Below, one piece after another: positions 12,984-26,989 of a stretch of DNA of 63,978 nt. The stretch is from Octopus sinensis (lineage: Eukaryota): assembly GCF_006345805.1 (NCBI RefSeq), contig NW_021832000.1, forward strand, positions 1 through 63,978, written 5' to 3'. Within the stretch, counting starts at the first letter, position 1. Each line of letters starts with the position of its first letter. Under the pieces are notes generated by a model. That model saw nothing but the letters and a program-made list of their open reading frames with translations. It searched no databases and was not told the DNA's origin. Both the position numbers and the translations under genes were made by a program.

Positions 12984-15900
12984 CGGAAAAATATTTCAAG
13001 TTTTACATTTTACACTATAATGTGATTATATCTATTAATCAAAAATATTCCATTACCGTAAGATATCTTTATGTTCAATTGTCAACGGCTGACCACTATG
13101 CTTTTGGTCAGCACGCTTTACAGATTCATTACAACAAAACTCTATATTAAGATCCACCAAAATATTAACTAATTTCCTATCTTTACTCTCTGTATTCAGA
13201 CATCAAATATAATTTAACAATATTGTAATTATTTAATTTCATTGTCTCTTTATAACAATATTTTGCTTTTAGTTTTCTCTTTCCTTCCGTATTTCTCTGA
13301 TTTTCAGGGAGTTTAAGGCACAGGTATAAAGAGAGGATAACTCAACTACTGAAAAACAGTGCTATAAAGAGATAATTACGTGAAGTATTTGCAATATTTT
13401 TCAATTATGTTGGATGTCACAGTACATTGCATAGATATGTGAAAGTTGGTCTCAAAACGAAGCTGGATTCGACCAATCGCATAAATCTCTTCAACGACAC
13501 CTATTTACCTGCAATTTACAACAGGTGTGAAAGCTGGTACACAATGAAGAGGGAGGAAGTGAGTCTGATAATGGCCCAAAGCACATTCGAAAAATCGAGG
13601 TTATGGAATGTTGCTAAATTTGCACATCAGGAGTGAGGCGATCATAGAGAAATCAGGTGTGAGAGACATCATCACTAAAAACTTATGCCAAAATTTCAGA
13701 TGGGACAGGTAGCCAGCTCACTGAAATTATTTAGGGATGCACAGTTGTTGAGAGTTATATACGCGAGCAGAGGAGGTCACTGAGAGCGAATCCAAAAGTG
13801 AGTGTTTGATGAAATACGACATGCTACGTAGGTGAGAAGGTCAAGATGAAGACAGAAGTGGAGGATGCACTGTGTTCTCTGGTGTCGTCAATACACTCAG
13901 TCAGTCGACCATGGTCAAGGTGGTATTTCTGTCACATCTATGACATAGCGTTTTCACATCTACAGTAGAACTCACTAATCAAACATTCTTATAATTTTCT
14001 GCTCACTTCCAATGTCAACAAGGTTAATCATCAAATATCGATCTTCAAATACATTTCACACCACTTCATTTTAGACAACTAGCACCTACTCTCTGCGTGA
14101 AACATTGCTGCTGGTAATCTTTAAGTTTAACCGCTCTCACCAACGTTCGCCAGAATGTCTTCTGATACAGAAGATGTGTGAAACCTCCTTACGGAAACAG
14201 TTTTCTTTCCAGATGAGTAATAATTTATTCTACTAAGTTGTTGGCGAAATTGGTATCAGGTACCCCAAAAACAACACCGCCGTTTATCTACACATCATTG
14301 CATAAAATGCATCCGAAATGGTACATAATAGAACTGATTCTCAAAAATACATACGCAAGCCATGCTAGAAACATCATATACTATATTTACTTTGAGGTTT
14401 TCACAAATCTATTGCTTATAAACCATTATCGATTTTTACCATGATCTCAATATCTCTATTCTTACTAGACAATAGGGAAGCCTACCAGCATACGAAATAC
14501 TTACAAATTTGTCATTAAAATATGTCATGGTTTCTCTTGATACGTTGTATATCACTTGTTTCTGCTGCCCTTTGACAATTAAAAAACCGTATTATTTATT
14601 TGCATTAAGTCTTAATCTCGACCAAGGATTAAATCCATTCCGGTTGTCCAAAACTATTAGCATATTCTTTTGATCTCTTTCCCTTATTTGTATGTCATCG
14701 ATGATGTTTCTTCAGCCATATCTGCTGAGCAGTCTGCTGATCTGAGTAACATCTCATTAACAAAGACTGACATTTTGCATCCTACTCTAGTTTCACGCCA
14801 ATCCTACTCTCTGTATAATATGTGTGTAACGAATAGCATTTGGAAATTGTTAAACCAACTCTTCGTCATATTTTTAAAATCCTCCTGTATGTAAACGAAG
14901 GCCATTGCTTTTCTCGATGGTTTATGTTGTTCACATCCCTAAGCATTAGACTGATCCAACCATACAACATTCAAATCACTTCTATTTTTCTATGTGTGTT
15001 GGTCCCACTTTTACAAGGCATGTCCCAAACACTCAGGATGTCAACGGATTCTTTTGCATTCACACTTTCAGTCTCATTAGAGTTATTTTGTCGATGTGTA
15101 GTTGATCTCTGACCATGGAAATCTTAGCAATCATAATTGCAATCGGTGCCAACTTGCGAATTAGTTTCGCTTTAGCTTAAATTGTACGCAAAATCTTTCT
15201 CTCTTCCTCCAGCCATCAATCACACCAACTTTATACCCGAAAGTTCCACCATTATGTGATGCCTACAACAAAACCTTGTACAAGACTTGAAACTTTCTAA
15301 TGTACAGCCTCACCTTGCCTTATACCCAAAGATAACTACTTCTTTCCTGCTGCAATCCTCAAGCTCAAATTCTTCGTTCCTGATTTTGTTGGACATTTTC
15401 TTAGAGAGACGATAATACTTCACATGCTTTGCAACAATAAAATGCACCTAGAACCCTTTAGAAAGTGGTTGGTGTCAGGAATGGCATAGCACTACATGAA
15501 AGCAGTGATGTTTAAGTGAGATATGTTCCTCTACGAATGAAGAAGGGAAGTAGTTCTGAAGAAGAACTGACTTGGACAGCGACAACTCATCTAGTCCATA
15601 GGAGCCTGGAAATCTAACGATAAGTGTCGGGGTTGTTACCTGTGATTCACTTGCATCGTGCAACCTGTATCTTTCATGAAGTAAGAAAGGCAGATACCGA
15701 TTATCTCAGTAGCAAAGAAATGTTTTCTATTCGGGAAAAGACAATGTGTAGTGGATGTAATAATGAAATTACTACCAGTGTAACATAACAGAGAGTTTAC
15801 ACTTGGAACGCATTTCATTGTAATTCTTCTAGATTATGAGAAGCATCCGTTTAAATAACAACAATAACAATAATAACCTACGAGTGAATGTGGTAAAAAA

Positions 15901-16204
15901 TGTGACAAAAACGGCTGTCATTAACTCTAAATTTATGTTCCTAAACAAATTAGCTTAGTTCTATCTTTCTCAAAACTATACAAAATATATTCCCGTTTCA
16001 ATTTTCCATGTTAAAAACCACTCTAACTTCGTTGGATATTTTGTGAAATTTCAATAATATCGATATATTGAATAGAATTATTATACAACAAACCTTTCGA
16101 ATCTAATTAGGGATAGAATCTGTACTCAGTCGTTCTAACATACAAAAGCTCGAGATAAATTGAAATGTATAGAAATCGGTAACTTAATATTATTTCATAC
16201 TTAC

Positions 16205-16291
16205 ATCCTTCCTCTGATTCATCTACTCCAGAAGATGATTGTAAACCGGAATCGGTACTGGCTCCGGGTACTATACTTGCTGTTGAATGTT
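16205..16291 (-). CDS. Candidate 87-nt phase 1-1 cassette exon EHSTASIVPGASTDSGLQSSSGVDESEEG
   Basis: TATTCATTTCAG acceptor, GTAAGT donor, no stop. Confidence 0.7.
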
Positions 16292-17842
16292 CTGAAATGA
16301 ATATTTTCAAGATTTGCGTTGTATAGCATGATGTGCTTATCTTTGTTAATAATCTATATTTCACTATTGTGACTTATTTCTATTGTCAATGGCTATATAA
16401 AGGGCCACCAAAATATTAACTAATTTCCTCTCTTTACTCTCTGTATTCAGATATCAAATATAATTTAACAATATTGTAATTATTTAATTTCATTGTCTCT
16501 TTATAACAATATTTTGCTTTTAGTTTTCTCTTTCCTTCCGTATTTCTCTGATTTTCAGGAAGTTTAAGGCACAGGTATAAAAAGAGGATAACTCAACTAC
16601 TGAAAAACATTGCTATAAATAGATAATTACGTGAAGTAATTGCAATATTGTTAAATTATGTTGGATGTCACAATACATTGCATTGATATATGAAAGTTGG
16701 TCTCAAAACGAAGTCGGATTGAACCAATCACATAAACCTCTTCAACAACACCTATTTACCGGCAATTTACAACAGGTGTGAAAGCTGGTACACAACGAAG
16801 ATGGAGGATGTGAGTCTGATAATGGCCCAAAGCACAATCGAAAAATCGAGGTTTGGGAGTGTTGCTAAATTTGCACATCAAGAGTGAGGCGATCAGAGGG
16901 AAATCAGGTGTGAGAGACATCATCACTAAAAACTTATGACAAAATTTCAGATGGGACAGGTAACCAGCTCACTGAAAATATTTAGAGATGCACAGTTGTT
17001 GAGAGTTATATACACGAGCAGAGGAGGTCACTGAGAGCGAATCCAAAAGTGAGTGTTTGACGAAATACGACATGCGACATAGGTGAGAAGGTCAAGATGA
17101 AGACAGAAGTGGAGGGTGCACTGTAAACTCTGGTGACTTCAATACACTCAGTCAGTCGATCATGGTCAAGGTGGTATTTCTGTCACATTTATGACATAAC
17201 GTTTTCACCTCTACCGTAGTAAACCTCACAAACCAAACTTCTCGTTTTCTGCTCAACTCCAATGTCAAGCAAGTGGATAACCATATATCTATCTACAAAA
17301 ACTGGTCACACCACTTACCGTTAGACAGAAAGTACCTGCTCTCTGTGAAATATTGCTTCTGGTAATCTTTGATTTTAACTGCCCACATCAACGTGCGTAT
17401 TTGTGACGCATCTATGACATGGCGTTTTCACATCTACAGTAGAACTCACTAATCAAACAATCTTATAATTTTCTGCTCACTTCCAGTGTCAACAAGGTTA
17501 ATCATCAAATATCTGTCTTCAAATTCCTTTCACTTTAGATACAAACACCTACTCGCTGTGTGAAACATTGCTGCTGGTAATCTTTAATTCTAACTGCCCA
17601 CATCTACGTTCACCAGAATGTCATCTCATGTAGAAAATATTTGAAGACCCCTGAATGACATAGATTTCATCCCAAGTGAGGAATAATTAATTCTACACAG
17701 GTCTAGGAGAAAGAAATATCAGATGTCCCCCAAAACTGTTACCACCTAATTTACTTCATATAAGTTCATGGTAAATTTACTATCAGTGAAACATGACGGA
17801 ATCTTTATGGAAATCGATGAGGTAATATAATTTTAAACTCAT

Positions 17843-17893
17843 CATAATGTTTTAAACTGGGTTGGGTCCTTTTGGCGAAATCTCTTCCATAAT
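17843..17893 (-). pseudogene. 51-nt cassette paralog DYGRDFAKRTQPSLKHY with dead donor
   Basis: Acceptor intact; donor reads ATGAGT where the paralogs at 53 and 7769 have GTGAGT. Confidence 0.6.
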
Positions 17894-19467
17894 CTGAAAT
17901 GAATATTTTCACGTATTACATTTTATTGTATGATTTGGTTTTAGTTCTTAATCTATATTTTGATATTATTCGACATTTTTTTCTTAAATGGTCAACGGAT
18001 GACCACTATATCTTTGGTGAGCAACTCATACTGTTTAACACATTAATTAGAGCCTTCAAAATATGCGCAGATTTCCTATCTATCCCCTCTGTATTCAGAT
18101 ATCCAGCATGTTTTAACAAGATTGAAATTATTTAATTACCTCTTTATAACAGTATTCTTCCTCTATGCCTTTCCTTTCATATCTCTCTGCATTTGAGTGA
18201 GTTTAAAGTACAGATATAAGAGAAGAAAACTAAACTAATGAGAAACAGTGTTATAAAGAGATAATTACGTGAAGTAATTGCAATATTGTTTAATTATGTC
18301 GGATGTCACATTACAGTTCGGTGATATATATATCTGTAATCAAGCGATCAGAGAGAATTCTGGTGTGAGCGACATCATCACCAAATGCTGAAGGAAGAAG
18401 TGTGGTTTTACTCTTGAATAGTGTCCCGATGTCATATGGGCCGCATATCTTTTGTATCTTTTCGGAGAGGCCTTTCACATAAGGTAGACAGACTGGACAG
18501 TTTATTGGTTTCATCCTCTCTTTTCTTCATAATTGGAGTGGATAGTATGTGTTTGGGTAGTTGTTGCTTAATAGATTGTTACTTAGCGTGATCATTTCTT
18601 CGTTGTGGGTTTCACGATCGCTACTTATATTCTTTACTCGATGTTTTAGGCACTGAGCAATCCCTCTCTTTACACTGTAAGGATGGTGGGAAATGAAGTT
18701 GATGTATCGTCCGGTAAAGGTCGGCTTGCGGTATACGGATGTTCTGAATCCATACTTGGTGCGTGTTATTAATACCTCCAGGTTCGAAATTTCCTCAAGA
18801 CACCTGATGAAGGCTGGAGGGTATATCAGCCTAAACGTTGTGTTAACAACAAACAAGATGAGTTCTCGTCTCTTAAATATTGAACTAGGCTATCTAAAAT
18901 GTTCAGTATCCTGTCTTCCTTCAATACGTGTGTCATTTCTTTGAATGCATTGGCTTGCATTGCATCATACAGTCAGTATCTATATTTATGAATGGGAAAG
19001 TGGCGATGGTAGTCTGTGCAACAGACGAAAATCTTCCACTTGGACAAAGACAATCTTTAATGGATGTAGTGATAGATTTCCTCGTCGTGAAGAAAGAAAA
19101 GTGTTCAAACTTGGAATGCATTTCCTTGTAAGTGAACCAGATAATGAGAGGCACCTGCTTGAATAGCAACAACAATAACCAGTCAGTAAACGTAGTAAAA
19201 TGTAAAACAAACAAAATCTTTTACTCACGTGATAAAGTATAACATATTATATATCCCCGTTCAAAAAGAGAATATTCAATCTATTGTGTCTTCCAAATTA
19301 TCCATTTTACCAAACATGTTAACTTGAGTGGTTAAATTATGAAATGTCAGTAATATCGATCCCTTTAATTTAATTAGTTTACAGTTAAAACGTGCAATTG
19401 GAATTTAGGAATAGAACATATTCTTAATAATTCCTACGAACAAAATAGCTCAGGTAAACCTATTTAC

Positions 19468-19493
19468 CTGCTTGCTCTGAGATTTGGGAAACA
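19468..19493 (-). other. 26-nt truncated cassette paralog VFPKSQSKQ (phase 1 to 0)
   Basis: Same TATTTATTTCAG acceptor context, CAG|GTAAAT donor. Confidence 0.4.
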
Positions 19494-22400
19494 CTGAAAT
19501 AAATATTTCAAGGTTTTTCAAATTTATAATAAAATATTTTAAATCTAGATATTAATAATATATATTTTATTATTGTGGGACTTTCTGATCACCAATGGGC
19601 AGCCTGTGTATGGACAGCTGTGTAAGCTACATAGTAGTGAAATGTATGTAGTGAACACAGAGGACGTGTAAAGGCTTGAACAAAATGGAACCAGCATGCT
19701 CCACTGGATGGTCACTGTCAGTGTGCAGGTATAAAATGCTGACACGTTTTAAGATAAAAGTCGAGAGTTATCACATGTATGTAGTACGCAAGACAGACGA
19801 CTGTGCTAGTATGACCATGTGATGTGTATGAATAAGATCAGCTGTATAAAGAGCACCGATCTGTAAATGTGGAGAGAACCTCAAGAAAACTGGAAGGAAG
19901 TGTTGAGAAATGAGCTTCAGATCTTGAACCTGAGAGTCAATCGGTATGTAAAAGAAGTTTATTGATTTCATCAATAATTTGTTTGGTACACAAGACGTCC
20001 CTGAAACCTGACACCTCTGCTCCTCTTATTGACAGCGGGAAAAAAAACCTTTGACAACTTGTTTAGTTTTGGCCACCAGCTCAACTTTGGTATTGCAGTC
20101 AGAGCGAATGGTATATTTCTCAACCGTGTCCCATACAAACTAATCAATGAGATTTCAATCAGGGAAACTAGGAAGTTTACAAATGGGTCCACTAAAACTG
20201 CATAAGTACTCAGACAACCACTTCAGATGTATGGTAAGGAGCCGAATCCTACTGCCACGCATAAGGCCTTGCAACTGTGTCTAAATACAGGAAATCCCTT
20301 TCCAACCTGCAGTTCCCTTCCAATCCTCCATGTCAGCTAACCTGTTTATAATTGCCAGACTATCCTTTCGCCAATGGTCAACTGGTGACCCCTAAGGGTT
20401 TGTTTAACATTTTTATACTTTCTACAGTGTTACTATACCCTAGCTCAATGTTTAGGTCTACAACGAAATAGACTAACAAACCTTATTCTACTCTGTTTAT
20501 TGAGACATACTACATAATCTAACAATTCAACAATAATCTCATATAATTATCACTTGATAACGCTCTTCCTTTCTAAGTTGAGCATTTCTTTTCTTATATC
20601 TGTGACAGTATTGATGAGATGGCATTTTCTCCCTCACATCTAGATATCGCTTTCTGGCATTCTTTTATTCATCCACTTAATTCCGTTATCAACCAAGTCC
20701 GTCAACAAAACTCGAACCGCAAACACATGATACCCCACTCCAAGTAGGATCATACACCTGCTCTCTTTCTTAAACATTCATGCTGCAGTTAACCAGAATG
20801 TCATCTGATTAAGGAAATACTTGAAGACATTTGAATGTCATACGTCTTCCTTAATGAAGCAGTTTTCTTTCCGCATGAGCGAAGATAAATTCTACACAGT
20901 AGAGCAGAAGATTAATAACAACTGTCCTAAAAAAACTATACACTTGTAACACATGTTATTATCTATATACAACTTGTCATCGACATATTATTATGATGAA
21001 TATATCTGAAATGGTACATTGCAAATGATTCTCAAGTATATATAAGAAAGACGGAGACACAGATCAAACAGCAAGCCACAAATCTGTTATTTGCCCAGAT
21101 ATTTTGGTTTTTCTCCCGCTTCAAACTCTTCCTTGGTTTGTGCCATGATCTCAATGCGTCTACTCTTCACAGACAACAAACTAGCGTACCATCCTCTAAA
21201 TCATTTTACAACTTTCTTTTTAATCCTTCACAAAGAATACCCAGCTATTTTGAAATTTACTTCCTCCTGCTAACATTAAACAAACGACAGAATGAATTCT
21301 TTGCTTCATACCCGATTCTTGACCAAGAAATTAGTTCGTCCATACCATCCAGAAATATTTACATAACTTTTTGGTCTCTTGTTAGTATTCTTAGGTAATC
21401 AATTAATGCCTTCTTCGGTGATGTCAATAGAGCCCTATCTTCTGATCAATCTGCTGATCTAAGTAACATCCCCATAATAAGCACAAACCAAATGAATGAT
21501 ATGCAAAGTATAGCTATTCCAGTTTCAAGACGAAGCCAGCCTCTTGTAAAACACTCTTGTAAAATGTCATTTTTAAGATTCCTATAGCAACTCCTCATCA
21601 TATCTGTTATCTTCTCCCATATATAAAATAACTCTGTTGCTTCCTCAATTATTTCTGTGATACAGAATATGAAGTATTAGCCAGATCAAGTCATACAACA
21701 TGCAAATCCATTTTGTTGTTTTTGTGTTAAGTCCTATAGACAATATTTTGTAGATATAGAGTTGGTCTCTCAGCAAGTACACCTAAGCAAATCTTGGTAT
21801 TTATACTCAAAGATTGAAATTGTTCTAAAGTGATCGATCAGCTTTGTATTAGCGTCCATTGGTAAGTAATCTCCTTCTGCCTTGAACCAATCATCAACCG
21901 ATCCACTTTTTTGCTACAACTCTCAAAGTAATAGGTAAAGATTGTGATATAATTGTGGATAAAACTTGTATACTTTGTATGATAGTCCATTTCCTCGTTG
22001 GATGCCTTTTGCTCTTGTTTTCTTCATACAACTATCTGCATGATTCTTGTTGAAATCATTGTTGATTCCTAGCTTCATTCCGTGTTTGAAACCGTCCATC
22101 ACTGGGAACTACTGATCTTACTCTGGGTCAATGTAGGGCTCCTGTATATACCTGTCCAATTCATCTTCTGTAACTTATACACTACTTCACTTAGCATCTG
22201 CAAATAGAGTCTATTAACCTCATAACGTTACTGAAGGAGATTTTCTCTAATCCATTTATCATCATTCCCTCTATCAGCATGTCTGATATTTCTTTTTAAA
22301 GTAAGAATAAAGGTTTAAGATGTTGAACAGATGATCATTTTTCTAATGGTTATAGCATGATCAAATGCACTTAGGACCATTGTCCGTTCTAATTCCAGTG

Positions 22401-22765
22401 CCTGGAGTTAGAACGGGCATACCACCTTAGGAAAGCTGGAATGTTTAAGTGAGATGCGTTCCTCAACCAAGGAAGGTAGTCGGTAATTCTTAAGGGGAGA
22501 AAAACCGCTCAAGGGTGTATATTTTATCTTTTGTATCTTTTCCTGATCGTGTGAGATCTTTTTCTTGTGTCATATGTTTCTATATTTCCAAAAGATCCAT
22601 TTATTGGATATTCCTGCATTTGAAGTAGAACAGAATTACTTTGTAGCTAAATATTCGAATGAAATATAGCAATAGAACCGCTTCTCAGTGATTCACACAA
22701 ATTATTTAGTTCAGTTGGAGGTAAAATTTGTAGAAGTCAATTAGATACAGTTATTTTATACTCAC

Positions 22766-22816
22766 CAACTGGCTCTACCACTCTCTGGGATGCTTTCCCT
22801 TTAAACTTTGGACGCA
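22766..22816 (-). CDS. Candidate 51-nt phase 1-1 cassette exon VRPKFKGKASQRVVEPV
   Basis: TGTTTATTTCAG acceptor, GTGAGT donor, no stop. Confidence 0.7.
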
Positions 22817-23589
22817 CTGAAATAAACATTTCCAAGTTTTACACTTCATAGTAAAACTTATTATTCTTTATTAATAATTCTGTATTTAAGTATTGTGAGA
22901 CATTCATGTAATCAATGGTCAACTGGTGAGTAATATGGCTTTGGTCAGCATTTTTATACTCTCTACCATGGGACCGTGTAATATACCCAATATATAGGTC
23001 TACAACTAAATAGACTGACCTTCCTCAATCTCCTCTCACTATTAAGACATCCTACATAATCTAACAGCATTGCACTTATCTCATTTAATAATCACTTGAT
23101 AACACTGCTAATCTCTTTCTTATATTTAATCTTATCTATGACATGATTGTCCTCTCATCTCTAGACTTCACTCATCAATATTCTTCTAGCTTTCTACTTA
23201 ATTCCATGACAACCAAATTGGTCCTCAAAAGTCGGACCATGACACATTGTTTCAGGTCGGATAAACATAAACCCGCTCTCTTTTTTAAAGGTCACTGTTG
23301 GCAATCTTTAATTTTAACTGCCCACATCACACTTCATCAGAATATAATCTGATTAAGGAAATGTCAATCCTCCTCCTTAATAAGCGACTTTTTTCAGGTG
23401 AGCAATGATTAGTTCTACACAGGTGGAGAGGTAAGCGATAACAGGTATCCTGGAACACTGTACATTTGTACAAAACCTACTTAACTACAAAATAACTGTT
23501 CATGTACACATTATTACAAAGGGGTTATATCCAAATTGAGAATTAACAATTTATTCTGAAGAATATATAAACAAAATCGAACTGGAAAC

Positions 23590-24680
23590 ATGAAATTTTG
23601 CATTTTTTTAGTAGTTTTGAATTATCAGTTGTTTTCTGTCCATCTTCAGCTTTGCCATGGTCTCACTACCCCAGTATGTATCAGTCAACAAGATAACGTA
23701 CCACCATCTTTAACTTTTGGTTTGTCTTTAACTTTTGGCATGAGTTCTCCTGCCGTTCGTAACTTCCCTTGCTCCAGCTGACCTCTCACAAATTATAGAC
23801 TGCATTACTTATTTGTTTGAAACCACATTCTTGACTAAGTACTAACTCTATCGAGTCTACTAACCAGCAATATTTGCATATCCTTTTATTCTCTTGTTAG
23901 TATTGTTATGTCAGCCATGAATATCTTTCCGTTGAGCAATTTCTTCTGGACATTCTGTTAATCTAATTAGCATAACTATAAAGATCACCAACCAACTGAT
24001 ATTGTGCAACCTACAGCTATTCCAGAACCCGAACCTGGCAGTCTTTTGTGAAATTTTATCCTATGAAACACATTTTGAAACTGTTATAGCATCTCCTCAT
24101 CAGATCCTTAATCTCCTCCCATTTATTAAAGAATTTCCTTGTTGCCATCAACAATGTGTGTGGTACAGAACCATAAGCATTAGCCAGATCAAGCCATACT
24201 ACATCCGAATCTCTTTTATTCTTCTTTGCCTTTTATATGGCATCCCAGATTTAAAATGCATGTTCTACACACACAGACATTCTCCGAATTCTAGTCTTCT
24301 GGATATTTTCTGTCATATAACCATTATTTTGCTGACATGTAGCTGATTTCATAGCAAGTACAGCCTTGTAAATCTTGCCAGTCAAGATTGAAATTGGCTT
24401 CAATTGGCCACTTAGTTCTGCATTAACTTACTTTGATGAATGAAATCCTTTTGTCTTGCACCATTCATCAATCAGTTCACCTTTATCCCACAACTCCCTA
24501 AATAGTAATTAATGCTTATAACACCTGGGCACAACATTTTTACACGTTCTATGGTACACAATCATCTCCCGTTGCAATCTCCGGTCTTGCCTTCTTCACT
24601 AAGCTTTATACTTGTTTCTTGCTGAAATCGCAAAGCTGAAATATTTGATTACTGGTTTCATTGGACATTTCAAACCAAAC
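23590..24680 (-). mobile_element. HERO/NeSL-like RT fossil, best preserved copy in the array
   Basis: VVWLDLANAYGSVPH at ~24158-24202; FMAD near 23930. Confidence 0.8.
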
Positions 24681-25069
24681 ATGAGCAGGAATGTTAGTAC
24701 CGTAAGAAGGGTTCTTAAGGAGCTGCAACTTAAAGTGTTCACTATCCTTTCTTCTTTCAACCCGTCCGATGTCTCTTTGAATGTATTTGATTGTATTGTA
24801 TCATACAGCCTCTATGAAGTTTGAAGAAAGGGAAAGAGACAACGGTTTTCTGAGCAGCAAACCAACGTCTTCCACTTGAATAAAGACAATGTTTACTGGA
24901 TGCAATGATAGATTTATTATCAGTGACAAACGACAGAGTGTTCATATTTGGAACGCATTTCATTGTAAGTCTGACAGATTATGAGAGACATCAGCTAAAA
25001 TAACAACAATAACTTGTCAGTAAACATTTAAAAAATATAAAACAAACAAAACCTTTGTCATTACCTCAC

Positions 25070-25114
25070 CTGTTAAACCACAACATATATTATTTGGTTG
25101 TTCCAAAAGAGAAC
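25070..25114 (-). CDS. Candidate 45-nt phase 1-1 exon GSLLEQPNNICCGLT
   Basis: ATTTCAG acceptor with weak pyrimidine tract, GTGAGG donor; 75-nt intron to a last-exon paralog at 24994. Confidence 0.3.
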
Positions 25115-25343
25115 CTGAAATCTATTTTGCTTCTAATTTATCCATTTCACCAACCGTGCTAACATGATTGGATACTTTATTAAATGTCAATAATATCGAT
25201 ATGTTTAATATGATTAGTTTAATGCTAAAACTTCCCATTGAAAGGTAAGAATGGAAGCTGATCTTTATCATTCTGATATCAAAATAGTTCAGCAGAGAAT
25301 AAACCTTACAGAAATCAATCAAGTGCTGTTATTTTATACTCAC

Positions 25344-25394
25344 CTACAGGTTCAGCCAATGTCTGTGTTTCCTTGACTTCAAATGTTCGATTCA
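25344..25394 (-). CDS. Candidate 51-nt phase 1-1 cassette exon VNRTFEVKETQTLAEPV
   Basis: TATTTATTTCAG acceptor, GTGAGT donor, no stop. Confidence 0.7.
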
Positions 25395-26989
25395 CTGAAA
25401 TAAATATTTCAAGTTTCAAACATTTTAGAAAACTTTCTCCATCTTTATTAATAATCTATATTTTATATCAGGGATTCCTTTCATAGATGATCAACTGTTG
25501 AAAACAATAATTTTGGTTAGAATTTTTTTAGTTTGAACAGGATTACCATGTAATAGTTCAATATTTACACTGCCTTCCGAAATTTCCTTTATCTTTTGAG
25601 ACATTCGACGTCATCTAACAACTGTGTCATTATTTCATTTAATTATCACTTGATAACACCAATCTTTTATTAGGTTTGTCTTTCCTTTCTTATATCTGCA
25701 CTAAACATATGACGTGAAATTGTGCCCTCACTTCTGCCCTTCTCTAACCAACATTATTCTCATCTTTGCTTAATTCCAATGGCAACCAGTTTGGTTATCC
25801 ATGATCTAACCAGTAACACATTACACACACCACTTTAAGTTGTATAAACACTCACACCTGATCTCCTTCTTAAACATTACTGCATGTAATGATTAGTTTT
25901 CAACTTTCTGCATCACTGTGCACCAGAATTTCAGCTGATGCATGAAATGCCTAAAAACACCTTAATAGAGCAGTGTTTATAAAGGTGAGTGAAGATTACT
26001 TCTACACAGGTGGAACAGAAAATGATAGCAGGTGTCCTCAAAGAGGATACACTTGCACAAACTTCACTCTACTACAGGTAACTCTTCGTCCTTACATCAT
26101 AGCAGTGAAAAGATCTGAAATGGTAGAATGGAAGTGATTCTGAAAACTCTAGGATATCTCTGACAACCCGCTTCTATATATCAACCAAACTTTCATCTCT
26201 CCTTTCATCTCTCCTTAATCAATGCGGTGCCTCTGAATGGGCTGAAAATTCAGTTCAATCAAATCTGAGGGGACGAAATAGACACCTTCTGTAGAAATAT
26301 TTACCTGACAGAAAACCGTCTTCCTGATGTTGTAGTTAACAACATTACAAGGAATACGAAAGCCTTCTCACACCCCATTCCACCGTCACTGTTTTAAGAC
26401 ATTTGTCACTAATGATCATTGACGTCAACTAATTGAAAATATTTCTAAAATGTTTTATAAAATACATCTAATTAATGTCAAATACGTATACAGAAATGTT
26501 CCACAACTTAGTGTTTCCTAGGAAATGAAGCAAAAATACAATACCATCAAAACTTACTGAAACATAGGAACCATAATCACGGTTCGTATGGATGTGGTCA
26601 TGTAACCAAGGAAAATTGTAAAACTACAGAGAGTAATAAGGTGTAGAAGGTTACTCGAAGATGCTAAGTTCTGTTGAGGTTCTACAATTTGAGAAATGAT
26701 CTACCAATGAAAAGAAGATTCACAATATACAATATGATATTTAGAGGCCTCTGATATTCGTTCCGGGTGTAAAAATCGTGTTTTTGACAATTTTCAACTC
26801 GCCACTTGACCATGTGTCCTATTCAACAATGGATCGAAACTTATTCTCCAAGATTGTATACATCTACACTTTATTCGTTCAAAATCTCAAAGTCTCTTCT
26901 TAACTTCTTCATAGTTAATTTTATTTTTCCAATATGTGCTTTTTAACAAAATTGCACAGTTTTCTGACAAAACTTTTATCACACAAAGT

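Larger units (their letters stand above)
1..19945. repeat. Recent tandem segmental duplication: unit A 1-7716, unit B 7717-17790, partial unit C 17791-~19945
   Basis: ATATGACAGAATCTTTATGG recurs at 7717 and, with two changes, at 17791; ORF offsets 140/7856 and 736/8452/18527 agree; unit A lacks the equivalent of ~13177-15552. Confidence 0.95.
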
